Source: Macrostomum lignano (Eukaryota). Taken from it: a stretch of DNA of 64,000 nt. Below the pieces are notes generated by a model. The model had not been told where the DNA came from and did not search any database. It was given only the letters and a program-made list of their open reading frames with translations. This document shows, piece after piece, positions 1 through 10,413 of the stretch. The translations under genes and the position numbers were made by a program. Position 1 is the first letter of the stretch; each line of letters opens with the position of its first letter. The stretch lies in contig NIVC01000025.1 in assembly GCA_002269645.1 (NCBI GenBank), forward strand, positions 186,001 to 250,000. The letters run 5' to 3'.

Positions 1-22
1 GGCTTGGCAACAAGCAATTTAG

Positions 23-900
23 TGTAGAAGGGCTTATGTTTATTCCTAGAAAATTAGTTTGTTTCCACGAAATTAAATTCCCGCCAAAATAATAAGTACC
101 GTATGATTTGTTTTAATTCGTAAATTTGTTTTACTGAATAATATTTTGTTTTAATGATGCGAATAATTTGTTTTAGCTATTCATTTGTTTTAATGTTAGA
201 TACGTAAGCCAATGAAACAAGACTCTAACTAGTATAAATACAAGGCCAAAATAAAACGAAACCTCAACCTTTTGGGTTCCTAATCAGTTAACAGGAAATT
301 AAGATTTCTTGGTTCTTCTGAATTAGTCCTTTGAAGCAGTATTGCAAACTAAGTTACCGTGTTGGATAGCAGAAAGTGTTTTGCCAGTACAGTGACAAGC
401 AGGGATTGCTGATCAAAGAGGGTGGAATACCCAGTAAAGAGGGTGGAATACCCAGTGTAAAGAGGGTGGAATACCCAGTACAAGGGTGGAATACCCAGTG
501 TAGAAAGGTTGGATTACCCAGGAAGGGAGAATTTTCAGGTTGCTCAGATAAGCGTGATGCAGTTCTAAGTCGTAAGAGACAGTACTAAAAGAAGCCGGAA
601 ACCCCTCGGTCTGTGGTAAACGCCGTGTTTGGACTGGATAATTTTAGGAATTTAGCAGTAGTCAGCAGTGTCTTGCCGCTCGGGCACTGAAGCTACCAAG
701 GGTAATTCGTAGCGACGATAGCCTATAACGTAAAAGTACATGTAAGTATAGAAATAGGATTCTTAGAAATAGCAAACTTAGCAGATTTAGTACAGTTCAG
801 TGATTAAACTTTAGAATTAAAATAGAGAGAGCCAGAAGGCCTGCAACAACTTGGTGACAAGTCGGTGGGATATTATAAACTAGCGAAGGGGCCTACAACA
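23..900 (+). repeat. 5' LTR (878 bp)
   Basis: TGTAGAAG...CTACAACA. Matches 11912-12789 except two substitutions seen by eye (67, 69). CCAAT 209-213, TATAAATA 233-240, four GAGGGTGGAATACCCAGT-type repeats about 418-500. Confidence 0.97.
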
Positions 901-903
901 ACT

Positions 904-914
904 TGGTGGCAGCG
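904..914 (+). promoter_or_regulatory. Primer-binding site complementary to tRNA-Leu 3' end
   Basis: TGGTGGCAGCG lies 3 nt after the LTR end and is the complement of the ...CGCUGCCACCA 3' end of eukaryotic tRNA-Leu(AAG/UAG). Confidence 0.85.
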
Positions 915-995
915 TAAAGGATCGAGGAACCGGCGAGAATCTAGTATAGTGTTTTAAGTAGTTAAAAGTACATTTCAAAAGTACATTCGGATAGG

Positions 996-1949
996 ATGGC
1001 TGCAGGAATTAATGATGCAATTGCACTTTTAGCTGAGGAGATTAGGAACAGATTAGAATTAGGACCATTAAGGCATGTGAAGATACAGAAGTTTACGCCT
1101 AGTCAGGATATTAGGATTTGGCTCACTGCTTTCGACCAGAGGTGCGAAGCAGAAGGAATAGAAGTAGAGCATAGGAAGACTGAGCTACTAGCTAACTTAG
1201 ATCTAGCGACAGCATTTGCTGCAGTGCAAAGGTTAAATTTGCCTGATGAACTAACTTACGAGGAGTTTAAGGAGCGCTTAGTAGAGAGGTTTGGTAGGAT
1301 AGGTAGTGCATCAGAATTTCGGGAGGAATTCCGTGGAAGAATGCAGGGTAGGAACGAGACTGCGGAAGCTTATGCCGACGCATTGATTGAGCTGTCCGCA
1401 AGAGCTTTCCCGAATATGAACGCTGAACAGCGTGAGGAAGAAGTTGTTGAACAGTTTATCAAGGGGGTGAGAATCCCAACAGACACTAGGGAGAAGCTAA
1501 TTTTCGCGCAGCCAGCTAATCTGCAGGAGGCTAGGAGAATGTTGCGTAGGATTGAAGCAGCGTGGCATATGTCACACAAAGGAGGTGTGAGAACTGTGAG
1601 GGAAGGAGAGGATGAGCAGCAGAAGTTGCAGGAGCTGGTGAGACAGCAGAAGGATGAGCTGGAACAGCAGCGGAAGAGAATTGAAGAGCTCATGGCGTAT
1701 AAGCCGCTGTACAAACCAGGGCCTCAGCCATGCCCAGCTCAGATGCCGCGTCAAGCATCTCAGCAGCAGTCGGCGTTTCAGCCACGACTTTCAAATATGT
1801 ATCGGCCCAGGCCAAGGAGTGAGTTTGTAGGCAAATCATTCGTGCCACAGCCAGGAAAGTGTGCAGTCTGCCAGAATCCGGGACCGATAAGGCCTGGTTT
1901 GGATCACCAGTGCCGCTTGTTCCGTAATCGAGGTAATCAGGGAAACTAG
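996..1949 (+). CDS. gag: Gag (retrotransposon capsid), 317 aa
   Basis: ATG ORF right after the PBS. Ty3/Gypsy capsid-like motifs (TYEEFKERLVERFG, RMQGRNETAEAYADALIEL, EQFIKG), a coiled-coil, and a degenerate Cys/His knuckle at the C-terminus. Confidence 0.92.
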   Translation: MAAGINDAIALLAEEIRNRLELGPLRHVKIQKFTPSQDIRIWLTAFDQRCEAEGIEVEHRKTELLANLDLATAFAAVQRLNLPDELTYEEFKERLVERFGRIGSASEFREEFRGRMQGRNETAEAYADALIELSARAFPNMNAEQREEEVVEQFIKGVRIPTDTREKLIFAQPANLQEARRMLRRIEAAWHMSHKGGVRTVREGEDEQQKLQELVRQQKDELEQQRKRIEELMAYKPLYKPGPQPCPAQMPRQASQQQSAFQPRLSNMYRPRPRSEFVGKSFVPQPGKCAVCQNPGPIRPGLDHQCRLFRNRGNQGN

Positions 1950-1985
1950 AGTTCGAGGGCCGAGAGACGAGGCCACGTCCCTCCA
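1940..1985 (+). promoter_or_regulatory. -1 programmed ribosomal frameshift signal (G GGA AAC plus downstream stem)
   Basis: Slippery heptamer 1940-1946 is in gag phase just before the gag TAG. The -1 frame is open from 1937 and continuous with pol. GAGGG...CCCTC stem begins about 8 nt downstream. Confidence 0.8.
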
Positions 1986-3896
1986 GAAAATTTAATTGCA
2001 AAGTGAAGGCCTCTAAGTGCGATTCTGAAGGTTGGCAAACTGTCCCCATTCGAAAGAGACATATGCGTGATGCAACTGTATATAATGCGTTTAATGCACC
2101 TGCGTCTGCACCATCTGTATTTTCTGCGTCTGCACCATCTGCGTCTGCACCATCTGCATCCGCCGCATCGCGATATGTCGTCCCTGCATCTGCTGTTGAC
2201 GAGTCAGCATCAGCCGATGAGCCCCGAGAAGAAGAAGAAGAATCTGCACCCGAAGCAAGCCAACCAAAGCCGAAAAAGGTAAGCAAGCGCAAAGTTTTTG
2301 TCAAATCTAAGGTAGAATTAGTGAATCATAAAAGTTATGAGGCAATAGTAGTAGGCGATATAGAAAAGCAGGAGGTAGACTTTTTACTAGACACGGGTGC
2401 TAGAAACAATTTCTTAAGCCGATCAGTGTGGTCAAAACTATTCGAACAAGATCAAATTAGGGAGACGAATAAGAGAGTTTCCACATTCGATGGAACGAGA
2501 GTTCAGTTAGATGGCGAAGTGCGTGCTGCAGTGAAATTCGGAGACTTTGAGATCGAAATTGATTTCCTACTATGTAGCCACGAGTGTGATAACATACTCG
2601 GAATGGAGTTTTTCCTAGAGCAGTGTGAGAGCATTCATCTAACAAAAGGCATGCTCATCTTGAAAGAAGGAACGTGTATTCCTATGCAATACACCCACCT
2701 TCCGGTAAAGGTTTGCCGAGTATATACGCAGGAGAAGGCAGTCATTCCGCCGAATAGTGCACTGCGAATCCCTGTGCGCCTAGCGAAAAATTCTGAAGCT
2801 AATTATGGAGCTCCGATGACAATTGAGACAATTGGAAATGGCGTGAGAGCAAGAGAAGAGACTCTGGAGATGAATCCAACTCTAGTGACTATGCGTGAAG
2901 GAGTAGCTATAGTGGAAGTCGTGAACTCGAGTCCAGTAGAAGTTAAATTGCCAAAATCATCGCTAGTAGGTTTAGCCAAGCCAATGAGAGCTAGAGAACT
3001 TACCTATCTGACTAGTGAGAAAAATCAATCAGAGCCAGTTACTGGACGAGTTAATCAGGCGCAATCTAATGACGAGTCTTGGATTAGCGAAATTAATATT
3101 AGCGAAAACTTAACTAAAGAGCAAAAGGAGAAAGTGATTCAGCTCGTGAGAGAGCACGGTGAAGCGTTTTCGCAGAATGAATTGGATATGGGTCTAACTC
3201 AGCTAGTGACGCATGAAATTTCATTAAAAGATGAGACACCTGTGAGGATCCCGACTAGAAGGATTCCCCCTCATCTTCAGAAGCAGGTAGATGCTCAGTT
3301 AGATGACATGCTAGCTAAGAACTTAATTAGACCATGTTACTCTACGTACTCAACACCCTTAGTGATTGTACCCAAGAAGGATGGTACTATTCGCATTGTG
3401 AGTGATTTCAGAGTACTAAATTCGAGAGTAAATTATTTCCCATATCCGTTGCCTAATATTCAGGAAACTTTCTCGCATTTGACGGGCAGTCAGTACTTTA
3501 GTAGACTTGACCTAAATTCTGGTTATTGGCAGGTTCCAATTAAGGAAGAGCATAAACACATGACTGCGTTTTCAACTTTAACTAGAGGGCAATTTGAGTA
3601 TCAGGTGATGGCGCAAGGTCTATCTAATGCGCCAGGCACTTTTCAAAGGCTCATGAATCTTGTATTGGCGGGCATTCAGCATAAATATGCCATGTCGTAC
3701 ATAGATGACATCGTGACCTATTCGAAGCAATTTGAGGAGCATTTAGAGCATTTGAAGGAAGTTTTTCAAAGACTTATTAATGCAGGACTAAAGTTGAGAG
3801 CTAAGAAATGTAATTTATTCCATAGTGAGCTAAAATACTTAGGCCATGTGATCGGGAGAGAAGGAATTAGGACCGACGAGACGAAAATAGAAGCTA
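1940..3896 (+). CDS. pol: Pol, 5' part: aspartic protease and reverse transcriptase (interrupted)
   Basis: Protease LLDTGA. RT motifs PLPNI, LDLNSGYWQV, GLSNAPGTFQRLM, YIDDI, YLGHVI. Interrupted after ...TKIEA by the Helitron. Confidence 0.95.
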
Positions 3897-5451
3897 CAAG
3901 CTGTTGAAACCCGCGGATTTTGAACCCGGGGAACTCCATTCCCCGGAATTATTTTTGCATGTATTCTGAAATCTGAGGTCAAACTCAAACAAAAACTTGT
4001 TAATAGTTAGGATGGAGTTAAACACAAAATAGAGTGCACATTCGTGTAAAATTAGCATTTAAAGCAAGCATTGATATTGTTGGCTGGGGTACTGCACAGA
4101 ATGTCAGGCAAACTCTGGCCTCTGCCTCCGCCTCTACCTATGTCCCTTGCATCCTTTGAAACTTCCATCTTCTTTTCTGTTTCCTATCTTCTCTCTCGGC
4201 TCTTCTCTCTCTCTCCTCTTATCTCTTCTTTCTTCTCTCCTCTGTCCTCTCTCCTCTCTCCCCTCTTCTCTCTATTCTTTTTTTCTCCTCTCCTCTCTTC
4301 TCTCTGGTCTCTCATATCTTCTTTCTCCTCTTTTATCTCTTCTCATTTCTCTCTGCTCTCTACTCTCTCTTCCCTCTCCCCTCTTCTCACTCCTTACTCT
4401 ACCCTCTCTCAACACTTCCCTCGTCTCTACTCTCTCCTTTTCCTCTCTTCTCTCAACTCTCATTTTTCCTCTCTTCTCTCAACTCTCTCCTCTCCTCTGT
4501 CCGCTCTCTGCTCTCATCTCTTCTATCGTCTCTTCCCTCACCTCCCTTCTCTCTCGTCTTTGCTCTCTTATCTCTCATATCTCTTCTTTTATCTTCTCTC
4601 TCTCTCTTATCTTTTCTCATTTCTATCTTCTCTCTCTCCCCCTCTCTCTCTCCTCTCATCTCTCTGCTCTCTCCTGTCCTATCTCTCTTCTCTCTAATCT
4701 CTTCCCTCTTTCCTCTCCTCTCTCGTCCCTTTCACCAGTTTCACTGTCCTCTAGATTCTCTCCATTCCCCTCCTCTCTCTTCACTCACTTCTCATATCTC
4801 CCCTGTCTCCACCTCTCATCTATTATTTCATATCTCTCCTCTTTTCTTTCTACTCTCCCATCTCTCGTCTGTTCACTCTCGTTTCTGCTCTCTCATCTCC
4901 CCTCTCTCATCTCTCATCTTTACTCTCATATGTTCCCTCACCTCTCTCTTGTACTCATCTCTTTCCCCTTTTTTGACTCAGGACTCTCTTTCCTTTCTTA
5001 TTTCTTCTCGTCTCTTCTCTTCTCTCTTCTATACTCTCCCTCTCTTGTCTTCTCTCTTCTGTCTCCACTCTCCTCTCTTCTCTCTTATATCGTCTGTTCA
5101 CTCTCATCTTTGCTCCCTCATTCCCCTCTCTCTTCTGTCATCTCTACTCTCCTCTCTACTGTGTACTCTTCTCTTCCCCTCTTCTGACTCCTCTCTTTCC
5201 TTACTCCTCTCTTCTCTTCCATCTTCTATACTCTCTCCCCTCTATTTTCTTCTCTCGTCTCTCTGCACTCTGCTCTCTCTTTCTTCATCTCTCATCTCTA
5301 CTCTCTCGATCATCTTTTCTTTCATCTCTCTCATCTCTACAATCTCATCTCTTTCCTCTCTCTTCCTCTTCCCTTTACTCTATCATCTCTCCTTTCTCCT
5401 CTCTTCTTTCTCAAATCTCTCTCTCTCTCTTATCTCTTATCTCATCTTCTC

Positions 5452-5540
<89 letters not shown>

Positions 5541-7022
5541 CTCTTATCTCATCTTCTCACTCCTCTCTCTCTCTCTCTCTCTCTCTCTCATCTACCTCTC
5601 TGTTCTCTCATCTCTTCTCACTCTTCTCTACTCTCCTCTCTCATCGATCATCTGTCTCATCTCTCGACTCTTCTCTCTCCATCTTCTCACCTCTACTATT
5701 TCCTCTCCCCTCTTCTCTCCTCTCGCTTCTTCGTCCCATATTCTCTGCTCTCTCCTCAACCCCCTCGTCTCTCCTGATATCTATCTTTTCTCTTATGCCC
5801 CTCTCGCCCCTCCTCCCTTTCTAATAGTCTATTCTTTTTCCTTTTCACTTTCATATGGCCCGCAGCCATGAGCTTGATTCTATATCTGGCCTTTGACGTA
5901 AAAAATCCGCCGATCCCTGCTTCGAAATCCAGTTTGTGGGATGTAGTACTATCATGGTTGTTATCATTTCTCACGCTTTAATCACGTCATCTTTCTGGCC
6001 AATTAGCAGCTCTGAGAGGAATTTGTGTATCTCCAGTTCCACCACCACAGTCTGCAGCAGTCTAACAACCAAGGAAATCCGCATTTTTAGGAGGCCATTT
6101 AAATTTTAAAGTACCTTATGCGAATCTTAATGTTAAAATTTTCATGGTGTAACTAATTTAGTAGGATTGCATTGTAATCAGTTAATTTTTCGCTATTTTT
6201 AAAAATGATCCCACATCGCCTTGATTTGCCATCCTTGTTTAACTGCTGCAGACTTGTCTATACAGAGGAGTGAGGACAGTGGTTGAATCTCTCGCTAAAG
6301 CTCCTCTGCACGCCTCTCTACTCGCGGGGGTACAGAGAAGGCTATTAAAAGTTATTCCAAAACACTGTACATTTGCTATGTACATTCAGCCCTATCGCCT
6401 GATCCTTCGGCTGGGCTGGGGGAATGAGTGAGTGAGTGGCACAAACACAGAAAAAGCAGACAAACTTCACACGCTTACAGTTTCTTTTCTGAATGAGTTA
6501 CAGAGTTGAAACTTTACATTTAGATAGAGAATGAGTCAATGAATAATTGTGTCAAGTTTAAAGTCAATCGCTTCACGTGGAGCAAACTTATGGCAGCTGA
6601 AAGTTAGTCGATTTTGAAACCCATTTTACACATCTGGGCCCAGATCGGAATCGGGAAAGAGAGGCAGGCGGGCGGAGGTTGGGGTGGTTGCTACGCTGAA
6701 AAAAAGCAGCCTAACTTTAAAAGTGCACAGCACCGCTCAGGATTAACTTTGAGACTCGAAATTTTACACGATTGTGCTAAAATAGTTTAAGATTGTCTGT
6801 GTCAAATTTGAAGAGAATCGGTAAAAGTGGAGCGGCGCTATGGAGGATTTAGTGAAAAAATCGCGCGTTTTAAGCAGTTTTTTGCACTTTTAGGTAGGAA
6901 GACTTGAGTCTAGGAAATTTAAAGGTAGCCTAAGACATTCTCCGTAGTAAGTTTAGGGTGGGTGTAAAGTTTGGTGTAATTTGGTTGAGCGGTTTGGGAG
7001 TCCATAGCGAAGTAATTTGTCC

Positions 7023-7055
<33 letters not shown>

Positions 7056-7078
7056 GTTTTGATTTTTATAGGTAGAGA
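3897..7078 (-). mobile_element. Non-autonomous Helitron (DINE/Lep1-like) inserted in RT, 3182 bp
   Basis: On the minus strand it starts TC(TCTACCTATAAA) then (TCTG)n, and ends with a GC hairpin about 12 nt before CTTG. Inserted between A and T with no TSD. Removal gives GCT ATT AAG AGT TGG (AIKSW) in frame. No RepHel ORF. Confidence 0.85.
4140..5825. repeat. 1.7-kb polypyrimidine (CT-rich) low-complexity tract inside the Helitron
   Basis: Almost purine-free + strand, with a near-perfect (CT)n core about 5455-5536. Confidence 0.95.
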
Positions 7079-10000
7079 TTAAGAGTTGGCCGAAGCCAAA
7101 GGAGGTGAAGGAATTACGAAGCTTTCTAGGATTATGTAACTATTATAGTCGCTTTGTCAAAAATTATGCCGAAGCCGCGCATCCCCTGTTTCAATTGACT
7201 CGGAAGGGAGTGCAAAATTTTCAAGCAAAATGGACTAAGGCTCACGATCAGGCATTTATGGAATTAAAAAATAGAATGATGTCAACAGAAGTTCTAGCCT
7301 ATCCAGAATTCGTAGACGATGAAAATGTTAAAATGGTTTTGGACACTGATGCTAGTGATGGACGCATAGGAGCCTGTTTAGGTCAAATCCAGTCAGATGG
7401 CATCGAGAGGCCTATAGCATATTTCAGTCGTACTATGAAGGAATCGGAGAAACGGTATCCTATTACTAGAAAAGAACTATTAGCTTTAGTAGATGCGATG
7501 AAGCATTTTAGATTTTATTTAATAGGGAAGCGATTTCTAGCGCGCACCGATCATAAAGCAATTCTGTGGTTATTAAGGCAGACAGAAGCTCAAGGAATTT
7601 TAGGTAGATGGATAGAACGGTTGAACGAATTCCAGTTTGATATAGAGCATAGGAGTGGGGCAAAACATTCTAACGCAGATAGTTTGTCCAGAAGGCCGGC
7701 AGAAACAGCCGGAGCAGTCAGTGAATCTGTGAACGAAGAAGGCGTGAGTGCCAGTAGAGAAGGCGTGAAAGCCAGTGAACCTGTGAACGAAGAAGGCGTG
7801 AGTGCCAGTAGAGAAGGCGTGAAAGCCAGTGAACCTGTGAACGAAGAAGGCGTGAGTGCCAGTAGAGAAGGCGTGAAAGCCAGTGAACCTGTGAATGGAG
7901 ATGGCGTGAGTGTCACGAAAGAAGGCGTGAAAGCCAGTGAATCTGTGAATGGCGTGAGTGCCATGAAAGAAGGCGTGAGAGCTGTGGAAAACCTTATTGA
8001 TGGAGAGATGCAGACTCCGCATCCCACTGATTCAGAATCTAGGATCGAGTCATTAATCTCGGGAGAGAAAGGTGTGAAGGGAACTGATGTGTCAGCACTG
8101 AGTTCTAGCGCTATGCAACTGAACCGAGACACTGATCCTGAACACATGAAGAATGATACGCCTAAAGTTGAAAAACTATTGACTGATTATTTGCCAGTAC
8201 CTTTGAAGAAGGAACAGATTATAAAAGCTCAGAGAGAGGACGCAGCAATTTGCACATTAGTCAAATGGAAGCAAGACAAGCTGTTAGTTCCCCCATCTCA
8301 AGAGAGCGTTTCACCAGAGTTAAAACAGTTGAGCAAGCATTTTGAGAATATGAAGCTAGAAAAAGAAATGCTCATTATTGAAGAAGATGAGAAATGGAAA
8401 GTTGTCTTGCCTAGATCCTTGGATAAGCTAGTTCTTAGCGATCTACATGATAGCCCACTAGCCGGACATTTAGGCAGAGATAAGACAATCCAGCGAGTCA
8501 AGGAGAGATTTTGGAGACCAGGCTTAGTGACTAAGGTAGAGAAATATGTGGCGGAGTGTATTCCGTGCCTAGAGAGCAAGAGAGGTCACAAGATTCAGGC
8601 GCCAGTACAGTCATTTCCAATTAGTGAACCGTTTCATAGATTGCATATAGACGTGATCGGGCCGATCTCAAAAGTAAGCAAGAGAGGGCACCAGTACGTT
8701 TTAACTATAGTGGACAGTAACACGCGATACCCGTTTGCTTTCCCAATGCGTAATCAGAAGGCAGACACGATTATCAAGTTATTACAAGAGAGAGTGTTCA
8801 GTGAGTATGGCCAGTGCCATTGGATCCACACGGACAATGGTAAAGCGTTTACTAGCAAGCAGTTTAATTCGTTCTGCGATTTGTATAATGTTAAGCACAC
8901 ATGCACGACCCCATACCCTGCCCAAAGTAATGGTTTGGTAGAGCGATTTAATAAACAAATTAAGTCAATTATTACTTGCTTAATAGAGAAAGACCATAGC
9001 GATTGGGATCTGCTAATCCCAGCAGCATTAGTAGCAGTCAGAACCAGTGTGAATCAGACCACCGGATATTCACCTCATTTTCTATTATTCGGAAGAGAAG
9101 CAGTTTTACCTATGGATAGTGAGCTTAGAGAGTCGAGTAATTACGCTAATTATCCAACGTATGTTGCCGAACATGCTAAGAGGCTGGAGAGTGCAAGGAA
9201 GCTCGTGAGAGAGAAGTACGAGAAGGTGCATAGCCATAGACAGGAAAGTTCAGAAAATCAGAAAAAGCCCAAAAATATCGCACTAGGAAGTTTAGTATTA
9301 ATCAATAATCCACAATTAGAGAACGAGGAGTCAAATAAGTTTCATAGGAAGAAGAGAGCAGCTTACAGAGTGCTGAAGCAGATTTCGGAAGTTGTCTTTA
9401 AAATTCAGAAGGAAGAAAATGGAGAATTAACAGGCAATAAACTAATAGTGCATAGAGACAACATGACAGTGGTACCGAACTCAGCCAGAGAGCCAATAGA
9501 CAAGGGAGGCCAGCCCAGTATGCCGACTGCAGAGCTTCAAGATAAGGGAAGCCAGGCGGCAGAGGCGAAACGCAAGGGAAGCCAGCCCAAGAAGAAGACA
9601 AAAGCTAGACCAACTAAGAAGCTATGTGAACAAGAAGAAGAGTCATCGTCAGATGAAGAAGACCAAATCAATTGGCAGTGCAAACTCCGTGATGGAAATG
9701 AATCTGTAAGAGGAAGCGATTTGGAGATTGGAGCAGAAGTAGAAGTTAGGGAAGAAGGAAGCGAAGATGAGAATCCACAGCGTGAGAGCTCAGAAGGGGA
9801 GATTGAGGAAGAAATCGAAGCAGAGAGTGAGGAAAGTGAGAAGGGTGAGGAATCAGAGCTTGAGCACGAGGGAGAGAGAGAAAGTGAGGAGAAGGTTGCA
9901 CGCGAGCACAGTGAGTCAAAGGAGGAGATATCGCATACCGAGCAGAGTGAGAGACAGGATGACGCAATACCAGCTAAAAGGTATAACACGCGCAGTCAGA

Positions 10001-10080
10001 CCAAGCCTCCAAACAGATGTCAGTGCTATCTGAAAAGGCTAATCTCTGTGTGGAGCTTATTAGAGGGACTAAAATTCTGA
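7079..10080 (+). CDS. pol: Pol, 3' part: RT thumb, RNase H, integrase with acidic tail
   Basis: ELRSFLGLCNYY. RNase H TDAS, RPIAYFSR, ELLAL, TDH, NADSLSR. Integrase HDSPLAGH...CIPC, HIDVIGP, HTDNG, ERFN, PHFLLFGRE. No chromodomain seen. Confidence 0.95.
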
Positions 10081-10159
10081 GTCAGGGAAGAATTGGTAGC
10101 AAGGGTAAGGCGCAAAGCAAGCAAACAAGTGGGAGTTCATTGGGTAAGGGAAGGAAATC

Positions 10160-10400
10160 AGAGCAGCCAATTAGAAGCCAGCTATTGGGAAGGCCAGGAG
10201 TGGTCAACTGGGAAATCAGGGCGGTCAGCCAATGAAAATTCAGCTTTTGATTAAATGGATTGAGGGGCAAATTAAAACAAACAACGCCTGGGGTGGGGTG
10301 CCACGCCTATATAAACAAACACCCAGAGGCGAGAGGAAGTCAATCATAGTCGTGTTGACAGCTAGTGACCGTTCTGGTAGTAATTAACCGTGTTGGATTG
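10160..10400 (+). promoter_or_regulatory. Putative internal Pol II promoter for ORF3
   Basis: CCAAT 10167 and 10229, inverted CCAAT 10184, GGGCGG 10219, GGGTGGGG 10291, TATATAAA 10308-10315, all about 100-250 nt upstream of ATG 10414. Confidence 0.55.
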
Positions 10401-10413
10401 AGATAACTCCGTA

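Noticed and set aside
376-588. 70-aa ORF duplicated at 12265-12477
   Set aside because: It lies inside the LTR, starts at GTG and is built from the 18-19-bp U3/R repeats. The identity simply reflects LTR duplication.
4071-5824. Long Leu/Ser-rich ORFs (208-346 aa)
   Set aside because: Translation of a stop-poor CT-rich tract, with no domain content.
3897-7078. Helitron as a spliceable intron rescuing pol
   Set aside because: An acceptor-like TTTTTATAG exists at 7062-7070, but the insert starts CAAG with no matching GT donor at the boundary, so precise splicing is unsupported.
1370-9989. Antisense ORFs over gag/pol (e.g. 1690-2304, 7590-8147, 9537-9989)
   Set aside because: Shadows of low-complexity or repeated sense codons, with no recognisable motifs.
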